Below the pieces are notes generated by a model, which did not search any database, had not been told where the DNA came from, and saw only the letters and a list, made by a program, of their open reading frames with translations. Position numbers and translations under genes: made by a program. This document shows positions 18,640-27,578 of a stretch of 54,995 bases of DNA, one piece after another. Origin of the DNA: Nakamurella sp. (GTDB taxonomy: Bacteria > Actinomycetota > Actinomycetes > Mycobacteriales > Nakamurellaceae); assembly GCA_035708025.1 (NCBI GenBank), contig DASSTH010000303.1:1-54995 (forward strand), written 5' to 3'. The stretch's first letter is position 1; the number at the start of each line of letters is the position of its first letter.

Positions 18640-20388
18640 ATGGAAGCGACTACCGTCCCGGCGACCACAAGGGGTGCGATGGCCGGCTTCATCCAAGCGA
18701 TCGCGGTGGACCTGGATGGCACCATCGCGCATGGCACCGCACTGGACGGTGACGCACTGGTGGCGCTGGCGGAGTGCCGTGCAGCAGGGACCGCCGTCCT
18801 CCTGGTAACGGGGCGCATCGAGGCGGAACTGCTGCGTGATTTTCCTGAGTTGCTCGAGCAGTTCGATGCGGCCGTATTGGAGAACGGCGCCGTGTTGCTG
18901 ATCGAGGGCCGGCGCACCCTGACGAAGGCACTCGATCCCTCCCTCGCGCCGCACCTGCAAGAGCGGGAGATCCCGATCAGGCAGGGAGCGGCTATCCTGG
19001 CGTGCCCCGGGGAGGACGCGCAGTCCGTGCTCGATGTCATCTCCGAACTCGGACTGGACGCCCAGTTGGTGCACAACCGCAGCGAACTCATGGTGCTGCC
19101 CGCGGGAGTGTCCAAGGGCACCGGCATGCGGGCCGCCCTGACCGAACTGGACATCTCGGTGCACAACACGATCGCGATCGGAGATGCGGAGAACGACCTG
19201 TCGCTGCTGGCCGATGCCGAGGTCGCGGTCGCCGCACACGGTGCGGTGGATTCCGTTCGCCGCGCCGCGGATCTGGTCCTCACCGATCGGCCGGGGGAGC
19301 GGCTCGCCGATCTGCTCCGTGGACCGGTGGTCGCGGGTGCGCAGGCGGTTCACTCGACTCGCCGCGCGCTCACCATCGGCACCGCCGACGACGGCACGGT
19401 GGTGTCCGTCCCGGGTGCGCAGGCCGGCATCCTGGTCTGCGGCGAGAGCGGCCACGGCAAGTCGCACCTGACCGGCCTGCTGGTCGAGCGGTGGATCGAA
19501 GCGGGTTACACCGTCCTGGTCATCGACCCGGAGGGGGACCACGCGTCGTTGGCCGCGCTGCACCGCACGGTCCTGATCAGGCCGGAGGAGACAGTACCGG
19601 CCGACGACCATCTTCTGCAGTTGCTTTCCCACCAATCTGTCTCGGTGGTGCTGGACCTGTCCGGGATGCCTGCACAGCAGCTTCGTGCCTACTTGGAGGC
19701 CGTTGCGCTCGCCGTGGAATCCCTGCGAGCCCAATACGGGCTGCCGCACTGGATCGTCGTCGATGAGGCGCACGGTGTGCTGGACGAAGACGGTTGGCTC
19801 GCCCATATCTTCCGGCCCAGCGGCGGCGGCTACTGTTATGTGACGCACCGTCCGGAGTTGCTCTGTACGGCGGCCCGCAGCACCATCGATGTCACCGTGA
19901 CGGCGCTCGGATCGGGCCTGTCGGATGGTCGGGGCATGTCGGCGAGCGCCGTCTTGCGGGTCCGCGGCGCACCGGATCGCGTGTTCACACCGGATCCCCG
20001 CGACACCAAGCACGTTCGTCATCGGACGAAGTACCAGCAGGTGGCACTGCCGGAGCGAGCGCGCTTCCGATTCCGGGACGGCGCCGGCCATGTCATTGCG
20101 ACGGCCACCACGGTCGCCGACTTCGTGTCGGATCTGCGGTCGGTGCCGGACGAATCGATTGTGCACCACGCGCTGCGCGGTGACTTCTCCCGCTGGGCGG
20201 TCGGCGCCTTGCAGGACCGAGTACTCGGCTCCCTGCTGTCCGCGCGCGAAACGGACCTTGCCGCCCGGATCGGCGCCGGCGCAGCCGACTTCCGCGACCG
20301 TGCGGGTTCGGACCTGGCTCGCCGTTACGGCTATGACGACCACCCAGTGGGTCCCGCCCATCCCATCGAAATGGAGCCGGCATCATGA
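18640..20388 (+). CDS. Cof-type HAD phosphatase fused to a P-loop NTPase and a small C-terminal (DUF5752-like) domain
   Basis: DLDGT, VTGR, ENGA, GVSKG, GDAEND; then GESGHGKS (Walker A), IDPEGD, IVVDEAH (Walker B); tail HHALRGDFSRW. Confidence 0.85.
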   Translation: MEATTVPATTRGAMAGFIQAIAVDLDGTIAHGTALDGDALVALAECRAAGTAVLLVTGRIEAELLRDFPELLEQFDAAVLENGAVLLIEGRRTLTKALDPSLAPHLQEREIPIRQGAAILACPGEDAQSVLDVISELGLDAQLVHNRSELMVLPAGVSKGTGMRAALTELDISVHNTIAIGDAENDLSLLADAEVAVAAHGAVDSVRRAADLVLTDRPGERLADLLRGPVVAGAQAVHSTRRALTIGTADDGTVVSVPGAQAGILVCGESGHGKSHLTGLLVERWIEAGYTVLVIDPEGDHASLAALHRTVLIRPEETVPADDHLLQLLSHQSVSVVLDLSGMPAQQLRAYLEAVALAVESLRAQYGLPHWIVVDEAHGVLDEDGWLAHIFRPSGGGYCYVTHRPELLCTAARSTIDVTVTALGSGLSDGRGMSASAVLRVRGAPDRVFTPDPRDTKHVRHRTKYQQVALPERARFRFRDGAGHVIATATTVADFVSDLRSVPDESIVHHALRGDFSRWAVGALQDRVLGSLLSARETDLAARIGAGAADFRDRAGSDLARRYGYDDHPVGPAHPIEMEPAS

Positions 20389-23153
20389 GCGCCGTCCCGC
20401 CGGTCCCTGCCGAAGCGGTCGACCAGCGACCGGTATCCGGCGGTGTGGGCCCAGCGCTGTCGGTAGGCGTCGATGCAGTGGCAGCGGACGGCGGATTGAT
20501 ACACATCAGGGTGGTTACGCCCGAGGACTGGGATGCCCTTGCCGATCTCCATGAGCGCGCGTCGGACCGTTCGCTCTACCATCGCTTCTTCAGCGCGAGC
20601 CGTGTCACGGCACGTCAGCACGTCGCGGCTCTCGCCCGGGCGGGATGCGCAGACCACTGTGCACTGCTGGCGCTCATTGGCAATCTGGCGGTCGGCGTCG
20701 CGGAGCTTCAACGGGTCAGTGACACCGACGCGGAGATCGCGCTGCTCGTCGACGACGCGCAGCAGGGCCGTGGCATCGGCACGCTACTGGCTGAGCACCT
20801 TGCCCAGAACGCGCGCGGCTACGGCTATCGACGGCTCGTCGCCGAGGTACTGTCGGACAATTTGGATCTCCTCCTCCTCCTCGCCGATCTCCGGTTGCCG
20901 ACCCGGTTCACCTACGAAGGCACGACCGTCCGACTGGTCATCGACGTGCAGCAGGACGCAGCGGCGGTGGCTGCGTCCGACCACCGGGAAGCTCTGGCGG
21001 ACGCGGCCAGCCTGGCCCGGATCCTTGCGCCCCGGTCCGTCGCAGTGGTGGGTGCGAGCAAGCGGATCGCGAACATCGGCCATCAGGTGCTGCGCGAGAT
21101 CCGGCGGGGCGGTTTCACCGGGACGGTGTACGCGGTGAATCCGCACCACGACTGGGTCCTGGACGTGCCCTGTGTCGCCACGGCGGCGGATCTGCCGGAA
21201 GCCGTCGACCTCGCCGTGATCGCGGTGCCCGCTCGGCAGGTCCTCGGTGTGGCCGAGGGCTGCGGTCGCCGCGGGGTGCACGGGATGGTGATACTGAGTT
21301 CCGGATTCAGCGAATGCGGAACCACAGGGCGCACTCTCGAGCAGGAAGTGCTGTCGACGGCCCGCCGTTTCGGAATGCGGCTGGTCGGCCCGAACTGCCT
21401 GGGCCTGATGAACACCGATCCACTGGTGCGTCTCAACGCGACGTTCGCCGACCTGCCCATGGACGACGGCGCGGTGGGTCTGGCCTCCCAGTCCGGGGCG
21501 CTGGGCATCGCGTTGTTGCAGACTGCGGCCAGGTCCGGTGTCGGCGCCGCACAGTTCGTCTCCCTCGGCAACAAGTCCGACGTCAGCGGAAACGACCTGC
21601 TGATGACCTGGGAACGTGATGCGCGGGTGAAGGTCATAGCTCTGTACTTGGAGTCGTTCGGCAACCCGCGCAAGTTCGCCCGGATCGCACGCCGGATAGC
21701 CAGGACGAAGCCGATCATCGCCATCAAGGGTGGTCGCACGCCCGCAGGAGCGCTTGCCGGACGATCGCACACCGCTGCCGCGGCGAGCTCCGATGTCGTG
21801 GTCGAGGCGTTGTTCGAGCAGGCCGGGGTGCTGCGGGTCGACACCATGCAGGAACTCGTGGACGCCGCCCGGGTGCTGGCCACCCAGCCGGCGCCGACCG
21901 GCCCGCGGATCGCGATCGTTGGGAACTCCGGCGGACCGCAGATCCTTGCCGCCGACGCTGCGTTCGGTGCCGGGCTCGATGTGGTCACGCTCTCCGACAT
22001 GACCATGTGCCGGTTGCGCGAGGTAGCACCGCACGCCGCATCGCATGCCAACCCGGTGGATCTCGGCGCGGCAGCGGACGCCGACCAGATGGGCGGTGCC
22101 GTGCAGGCGCTCCTCGGCGCAGCGGAGGTGGACATTGTGCTGGCGGCCTTCACCGAGACGGCCGTGGGAGATTCGGTAGCTGTCCTCGAAAGGATCGCCG
22201 AGGTGGCGGCCCGCGCAGACAAGCCGGTGGTGGCGGCTCATGTCGGCGGAATCCCCGGCGTGGTGGCGAACGCCTCCGGCAGCGCCTCCGTGCCGGTGTA
22301 TGACTTCCCCGAGCCCGCTGTCCGAGCCGTGGGTGTTGCTCGCCGATATGCCGGTATCCGTACCTCGCGCCCGGCCCCACCGCGCCGGCTTCACCACGCC
22401 GACGCAGCTGCCGCTGGGGTTCTGGTCGAGACCGCACTGGCGGACGGGCAGTCATGGCTGACCGCCGAGCAGCAGTCGGCGGTGCTGTCGTTCTACGGTG
22501 TGCCGGTTTGCGACCAGCATGTGGTGGCCGACGCGGATGAGGCGGTGCGAGCCGCAGCCGGACTCGGCTATCCGGTCGTGCTCAAGGCCGCCGACGGCGG
22601 GCTGCACAAGACCGAACTGGGCGCCATTCGTGTGGGCATCGGCGATGAGGCCTCGCTGCGTAGTGCCGTCCGGGACATTCTGGCGGTCGTACCCGGATCG
22701 CGGCTGCTCGTGCAACGGACGATCCAGCCGGGAACGGAATTGATCGTCGGAGCGCTGCAGGACGCCCAGTTCGGCCCAGTGGTGATGGTGGGAGCCGGGG
22801 GAGTGCTGGCGGACCTGCTCGCGGATCGTCGCTTCGCGCTGGCACCGGTGGACCTGCCGACGGCCCTGGACCTCGTGGACGAACTGCGCACCGCCGCACT
22901 GCTGGACGGATACCGCGGTGGGCCCGTGGTGTCCCGAGCCGCTGTGGCGGATCTGGTCACCCGGATCGCCCAACTGGCTGACGATGTGCCGCAGATCGCC
23001 GAACTCGACCTGAACCCCGTCATTTGCCGCGGCAGTTCGCTGACGGTCGTGGATGCGCGGATCCGCGTGGCTGCGGCACCCGACCTTCCCGATCCGGTGC
23101 TCCGGCGCCTGGCTGCACCGGCGAACCGGGCGGTTGAGGTCCTTCGACCCTAA
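20385..23153 (+). CDS. GNAT + ADP-forming acyl-CoA ligase-like fusion (Pat-type protein lysine acetyltransferase)
   Basis: N-terminal GNAT (SLYHRFF, QQGRGIGTLL); VAVVGAS, GPNCLG, SQSGA, SLGNKSD, YLESFGN, SHT; C-terminal ATP-grasp (YPVVLK, HKTE, FGPVVMVG, ELDLNP). Confidence 0.92.
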   Translation: MSAVPPVPAEAVDQRPVSGGVGPALSVGVDAVAADGGLIHIRVVTPEDWDALADLHERASDRSLYHRFFSASRVTARQHVAALARAGCADHCALLALIGNLAVGVAELQRVSDTDAEIALLVDDAQQGRGIGTLLAEHLAQNARGYGYRRLVAEVLSDNLDLLLLLADLRLPTRFTYEGTTVRLVIDVQQDAAAVAASDHREALADAASLARILAPRSVAVVGASKRIANIGHQVLREIRRGGFTGTVYAVNPHHDWVLDVPCVATAADLPEAVDLAVIAVPARQVLGVAEGCGRRGVHGMVILSSGFSECGTTGRTLEQEVLSTARRFGMRLVGPNCLGLMNTDPLVRLNATFADLPMDDGAVGLASQSGALGIALLQTAARSGVGAAQFVSLGNKSDVSGNDLLMTWERDARVKVIALYLESFGNPRKFARIARRIARTKPIIAIKGGRTPAGALAGRSHTAAAASSDVVVEALFEQAGVLRVDTMQELVDAARVLATQPAPTGPRIAIVGNSGGPQILAADAAFGAGLDVVTLSDMTMCRLREVAPHAASHANPVDLGAAADADQMGGAVQALLGAAEVDIVLAAFTETAVGDSVAVLERIAEVAARADKPVVAAHVGGIPGVVANASGSASVPVYDFPEPAVRAVGVARRYAGIRTSRPAPPRRLHHADAAAAGVLVETALADGQSWLTAEQQSAVLSFYGVPVCDQHVVADADEAVRAAAGLGYPVVLKAADGGLHKTELGAIRVGIGDEASLRSAVRDILAVVPGSRLLVQRTIQPGTELIVGALQDAQFGPVVMVGAGGVLADLLADRRFALAPVDLPTALDLVDELRTAALLDGYRGGPVVSRAAVADLVTRIAQLADDVPQIAELDLNPVICRGSSLTVVDARIRVAAAPDLPDPVLRRLAAPANRAVEVLRP
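23134..23153. promoter_or_regulatory. DosR-box-like palindrome upstream of USP copy 2
   Basis: TTGAGGTCCTTCGACCCTAA, including the TT...AA flanks of the mycobacterial DosR consensus. Confidence 0.65.
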
Positions 23154-23216
23154 CCCGCAAGCCGCATGAGCGATGTGCTGACAACGTGGTTCAGGCCAGG
23201 GAAAGGGGGCAGCGCG

Positions 23217-24116
23217 ATGAGCATGCCGGCTGGACCGATGCCGGTGGTGGTCGGTGTTGACGGGTCGGATCCGAGCACGCTAGCGGTCCGGTGGGCCGCC
23301 CGGGCCGCGGCTCGGAGCCACCTGCCATTGAGTCTGGTACACGCCGTACCTCCGATGCCGCCCGATCGGTATGCGGCGGCCGGCCTGTACGTCGAGAGTC
23401 TGCGGAAGGCCGCCGACGCGGCGGGCGAGCGCGTGCTGGGCGAAGCCACCAAGGTGGCCGTGGAGGTCATCCCCGGCCAGCCGATTCGGGTCTGGAGCGA
23501 GGTCGGCCATCCGGTGGAGATCCTGGCGCGGGCCTCGGCGACGGCGCACCTGGTGGCCATCGGGGCGACCGGCCACGCAGGGCTGGTCGAGCTGCTGGCG
23601 GGATCGACCGCGCTTGAACTGCCAGCACGTGCGCATTCGCCCGTGGTGGTCGTACGATCGCGCCCCGATGGTTCCGTGGCCTCGGCGGGTCCGGTAGTTG
23701 TGGGTGTCGCGGGAGCCGAGTTGGATGACCCCGCAGTCGAGTTCGCCTTCGCCTTCGCGTCCCGGGAGGGCGCTGAGCTGGTCGCGGTGCACTCCTGGAG
23801 CGACTCGCCGTTGCCGGACTATGACCGTTTGACCGGGCTGCGTGACCAGTGGGATGCGATCTTCGAGCGGGAGCGAAGGCTGTTGGCCGAACGGATGGCA
23901 GGCTACCGTGAGCGCTATCCGGATGTGCCGGTGCGACCGACGGTGGTCTACGACCGGCCGGCCCGAGCCCTGCTCGCCGAGTCACGCAACGCCCAACTGG
24001 TGGTGGTCGGCACCCGTGGTCGCGGAATCCTGGCCGGCGCGTTGCTCGGTTCCACCAGCCGGGCGGTGGTCAAAGCGAGCGAATGCCCCGTCGCTGTCCT
24101 GCGGCGGTATTCCTGA
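23217..24116 (+). CDS. Tandem-domain universal stress protein, copy 2
   Basis: VVVGVDGS...AVRWAA; GTRGRGILAGALLGSTS; close paralogue of 11492..12397. Confidence 0.93.
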   Translation: MSMPAGPMPVVVGVDGSDPSTLAVRWAARAAARSHLPLSLVHAVPPMPPDRYAAAGLYVESLRKAADAAGERVLGEATKVAVEVIPGQPIRVWSEVGHPVEILARASATAHLVAIGATGHAGLVELLAGSTALELPARAHSPVVVVRSRPDGSVASAGPVVVGVAGAELDDPAVEFAFAFASREGAELVAVHSWSDSPLPDYDRLTGLRDQWDAIFERERRLLAERMAGYRERYPDVPVRPTVVYDRPARALLAESRNAQLVVVGTRGRGILAGALLGSTSRAVVKASECPVAVLRRYS

Positions 24117-24169
24117 CCGGGAGGTGATTCCCGTGGCGCCTGATGCGCGTCCGGCCAGCGGGGCCGTCC

Positions 24170-25174
24170 ATGGATAGCTGGGTGGTGGAGCGCACCGGCC
24201 CCGCCGATACCCATCCGTTGGTCCGCATGGATCGGCCGGACCCGGTCCCGGGCCACGGCCAACTCCGCGTCCGGGTGACGTGCTGCGGGGTCTGCCGCAC
24301 GGACCTGCACCTGGCCGAGGGTGACCTCGCGCCCCGCGCGCCCAGGATCACGCCCGGTCACGAGGTGGTCGGCACCATCGACATGATCGGCGAGGAGGTC
24401 GCGGAGTACCGCATCGGCGACCGCGTCGGGGTGCCGTGGTTGGCGAGGACCTGTGGCGCCTGCCGGTTCTGCCGCACCGGCCGGGAGAACCTGTGCGTCG
24501 ATCCTGCCTTCACCGGCTGGGATGTGCATGGTGGATACGCCGAGTGGTGCCTCGCCGACGCGGCATTCGTGTACCGGATCCCCGAGGGCATCGATGACGC
24601 GGACGCGGCTCCGCTGCTGTGCGCTGGCATCATCGGCTATCGGGCGCTTCGCCTGGCTGCCGTCCCGCCGGGCGGTCGGCTGGGGATATACGGATTCGGC
24701 GGCAGCGCGCACCTGACCGCCCAGATCGCGCTACGGCAGGGGCTGCGGGTGCACGTGCTCAGCCGTGGGCGGGCCAACCGGGATCTGGCCCTGCGGTTGG
24801 GAGTTGACTCCGCCGGCCCGGCGGACGGCGCGCCGCCTGAGCCGTTGGATGGGGCGATCCTGTTCGCGCCCGCCGGAGAACTGGTGCCAATTGCGCTGCG
24901 TGCCCTGGATCGTGCTGGAACGCTGGCCGTGGCCGGCATCTGGCTGTCCGACGTCCCCGCCCTGCACTACTCCTCGGACCTCTTCCAGGAGAAGCATCTC
25001 CGCAGCGTGACGGCGAACACCCGACAGGACGGCGAGGAGTTCCTGGCCCTGGCGCGGCGGTTCGACGTGCGGGCGACCACGGTGGACTACCCGTTCACGC
25101 GGGCCGACCAGGCGCTCAGCGACCTGGCCCACGGTCGGTTCAGTGGCGCCGCCGTCCTCGACATGAGCCGTTGA
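24170..25174 (+). CDS. Zinc-binding alcohol dehydrogenase (AdhA/Rv1862-like)
   Basis: CGVCRTDLH, PGHEVVG, CGACRFC-x7-C, LLCAGIIG, GIYGFGGSA. Confidence 0.92.
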   Translation: MDSWVVERTGPADTHPLVRMDRPDPVPGHGQLRVRVTCCGVCRTDLHLAEGDLAPRAPRITPGHEVVGTIDMIGEEVAEYRIGDRVGVPWLARTCGACRFCRTGRENLCVDPAFTGWDVHGGYAEWCLADAAFVYRIPEGIDDADAAPLLCAGIIGYRALRLAAVPPGGRLGIYGFGGSAHLTAQIALRQGLRVHVLSRGRANRDLALRLGVDSAGPADGAPPEPLDGAILFAPAGELVPIALRALDRAGTLAVAGIWLSDVPALHYSSDLFQEKHLRSVTANTRQDGEEFLALARRFDVRATTVDYPFTRADQALSDLAHGRFSGAAVLDMSR

Positions 25175-25203
25175 CACGCCTGCCGCGGCGCACGTCGATG
25201 AAG

Positions 25204-25222
25204 TGGGGTCGAAGGTCCCTGA
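25204..25222. promoter_or_regulatory. DosR-box-like palindrome upstream of the hemerythrin gene
   Basis: TGGGGTCGAAGGTCCCTGA. Confidence 0.65.
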
Positions 25223-25301
25223 CCGGGGGTACGGCGCTCCTCCTACTGTCGCGGAAGGGGGGATGAGGACACGGTGATTCCCCCGACGGAGTGATGTCGT
25301 T

Positions 25302-25742
25302 ATGACGGTCACGATGGAAGGTCACAGCCGCCAGGCGGCGGTGGCGGTCGACCTGATCATGCAGCACACCCACATGGTGGCCGAACTGGATAGGTTGACG
25401 AGCAGTTTCGCCTTGATGGCGCCGACCACCGATTCCTTTCCGCGGTGGATAGCGGTCGCGAACTGGATCCGGGATGTCTTGATCCCGCATACCGAAAGCG
25501 AGGAACAGACGTGTTACCGGGCCGCCAGTCCCCTCCGATCAGGGCGATTGCTGGTCGACACGTTGCTCACCGAGCACCGGCTGATGCGCCGACTTGTCGG
25601 ACGGTTCAACGAATCCCTCGATCCGGTGCAAGCTGCCGCCTACGGCCGGGCGCTGTTCGAAGTGTTCACCAGTCACCAGCATCAGGAGAACGAATTCCTG
25701 TTGCCCATGCTCGTTGAGGCGGGGTCTATGCCGTCGGAATGA
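25302..25742 (+). CDS. Hemerythrin-like (HHE) di-iron protein
   Basis: H...IPHTESEE...TEH...SHQHQEN ligand pattern (H, HxxxE, H, HxxxE). Confidence 0.8.
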   Translation: MTVTMEGHSRQAAVAVDLIMQHTHMVAELDRLTSSFALMAPTTDSFPRWIAVANWIRDVLIPHTESEEQTCYRAASPLRSGRLLVDTLLTEHRLMRRLVGRFNESLDPVQAAAYGRALFEVFTSHQHQENEFLLPMLVEAGSMPSE

Positions 25743-25781
25743 TGGTTCGCCGAGTGTCGCGGCGAAGCCACCAAGGGCCAG

Positions 25782-25800
25782 CAGAGCCGGAAGGCCCTGG
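25782..25800. promoter_or_regulatory. Weak DosR-box-like site upstream of USP 3
   Basis: CAGAGCCGGAAGGCCCTGG. Confidence 0.3.
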
Positions 25801-25821
25801 TGCGATCGCACTGTCGACCGG

Positions 25822-26361
25822 ATGATGGACGCAGAGGCGAACACGGGGAACCTACCTGAGGAACGAGCGGAGACGGCCGTGAACGGCACTGCAAGCATCA
25901 TCGTGGGATTCGACGGTTCCGAGGAGTCGAAACAAGCCCTGGCATGGGCGGTTCGACTCGGCCGGCTGACGGATTGTGATGTCGAAGCCGTCACTGCGTG
26001 GGAGTTCCCGGCCGACTACGGGTACGCCTTCTCGCTCGTCGACTGGGACCCCGACGTCGACCCGGCACGGGAATTCGATGCTGCCGTACAGGACCTGTTC
26101 CCCGAGGAGAAGCCGAGTCGGCTGACGCTGAGCGTGCACAAGGGCGACCCCGCACAGGTCCTCATCGACAAGAGCCATGGCGCCGCCATGCTCGTCGTGG
26201 GCACCCGCGGACGCGGGGGCTTCAGCAGTCTTCTTCTGGGGTCGGTGAGCAGCAAATGCATACACCACAGTTCATGTCCGGTGTTGGTGGTACGCGGAAC
26301 ACAGGCGCCGTTCGCCGGCGCATCCGCCGACGCTCCGGCCGGCGGCGGCATCGCGGGGTGA
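25822..26361 (+). CDS. Single-domain universal stress protein
   Basis: IIVGFDGSEESKQALAWA...GTRGRGGFSSLLLGSVS...CPVLVVR; start may be GTG 25879. Confidence 0.9.
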   Translation: MMDAEANTGNLPEERAETAVNGTASIIVGFDGSEESKQALAWAVRLGRLTDCDVEAVTAWEFPADYGYAFSLVDWDPDVDPAREFDAAVQDLFPEEKPSRLTLSVHKGDPAQVLIDKSHGAAMLVVGTRGRGGFSSLLLGSVSSKCIHHSSCPVLVVRGTQAPFAGASADAPAGGGIAG

Positions 26362-27461
26362 CCAACCCCGGTCGGGCCATCGTGACGGGGCTGCTGGTCC
26401 TGCTGACTGCGTTGCCCAGCGCCTGCACGTCGACCGGGCCGGCATCGCCGTCGACCGCACCGGCCAGCGCCAGCACGACCACCGCCACCGGCGAGACTTC
26501 GTCGACCACCTCGGACATCGGATCGACGACGGCTTCCCTGTCGACGACCGGGGCGTCGCAGACCCGGACTTCGGCGCCAACCACGCCACGCCGGTCCACG
26601 ACGACCGCTGCGACGGTCCGCCCGACGACCTCGCGTCCCACCACGACACAGCCTGAGCACACCCCGACGACGTCATCGGTGCCGCCGTCCAGCCGCTCGT
26701 CCATGACCACCAGCCCACCGCCGACCAGCAGCACGCGGCCGGCGCCGACCAGCAGCACGCGGCCGCCGCCGATTAGCAGCAGCACGCGGCCGCCGCCGAC
26801 CAGCACGTCGGCACCTACCGGCGTCCCGCCCGGTCTGGTGGGGCAGGACGTCGAGCGCATACCGACGAGTGCCAAGATCGTCGCGCTGACATTCGACGCC
26901 GGCGCCAACGCCGCCGGGCTCCCGTCCATCCTGGCGACGTTGCGAGCGACCGGTGTCCCGGCAACGTTCTTCCTCACCGGCCGATGGACGGAGAACTACC
27001 CTGCCGGCGTACGGGAGATCGCCGCCGGCGGCTACCGCATCGGCAACCACTCCACCACGCACCCGATGATGACGTCCATGTCGGCATCCGCCATAGCGGC
27101 GGAGTTGCGCACGGCACGGGCGGAGATCATGGCCGCCGGTGGTCCCGACCCCAGGCCACTGTTCCGGTTCCCCTACGGCGACCGCGACGCGCGCACCATT
27201 TCGGTCGTCAACGGCGAGGGCTACGTCGCGGTGCGATGGACGGTGGACAGCCTGGGGTGGAAAGGGACCAGTGGCGGCATCACGCGACAGGCGGTCATCG
27301 ACCGGGTGGTGGCAGCGGCCCAACCCGGCGAGATCGTCTTGATGCACCTGGGGTCCAACCCCGATGACGCAAGCACGCTGGACGCCGATGCACTGCCGAC
27401 CATCATCGCTGAGCTGAGGGCGCAGGGCTACCGATTCGTCACGCTTGACGCACTGCTCTGA
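26358..27461 (+). CDS. Polysaccharide deacetylase (CE4) lipoprotein with long S/T/P linker
   Basis: Signal peptide with LPSAC lipobox; TFDAG, HSTTH, RFPYG, DSLGW, LMH; GTGA overlap with USP. Confidence 0.88.
   Translation: MTNPGRAIVTGLLVLLTALPSACTSTGPASPSTAPASASTTTATGETSSTTSDIGSTTASLSTTGASQTRTSAPTTPRRSTTTAATVRPTTSRPTTTQPEHTPTTSSVPPSSRSSMTTSPPPTSSTRPAPTSSTRPPPISSSTRPPPTSTSAPTGVPPGLVGQDVERIPTSAKIVALTFDAGANAAGLPSILATLRATGVPATFFLTGRWTENYPAGVREIAAGGYRIGNHSTTHPMMTSMSASAIAAELRTARAEIMAAGGPDPRPLFRFPYGDRDARTISVVNGEGYVAVRWTVDSLGWKGTSGGITRQAVIDRVVAAAQPGEIVLMHLGSNPDDASTLDADALPTIIAELRAQGYRFVTLDALL
26715..26808 (+). repeat. Intragenic tandem repeat (24-27 bp unit) encoding P(P/A)PTSSTR
   Basis: CCGACCAGCAGCACGCGGCCG-type unit repeated about 3.5 times. 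Confidence 0.8.
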
Positions 27462-27578
27462 CCGGACGCCCCCGGCTGCCTGAATGGCGGCCAAGCGGAC
27501 GCACCGTTCGGTCGGGCGATGCGGTCGGCGGCTTGCCGCCAGGTGCGTGCTCGTGCCGATACGGGTGCCGCCGGAGTG

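Noticed and set aside
18208-20361. 717-aa minus-strand ORF
   Set aside because: Antisense shadow of the motif-rich HAD/P-loop gene; stop-poor frames are expected at this GC content
20867-20883. (CTC)n microsatellite
   Set aside because: In-frame poly-Leu run of five codons; no frameshift or phase-variation potential
20784-22397. 537-aa and 379-aa minus-strand ORFs
   Set aside because: Antisense to the Pat gene
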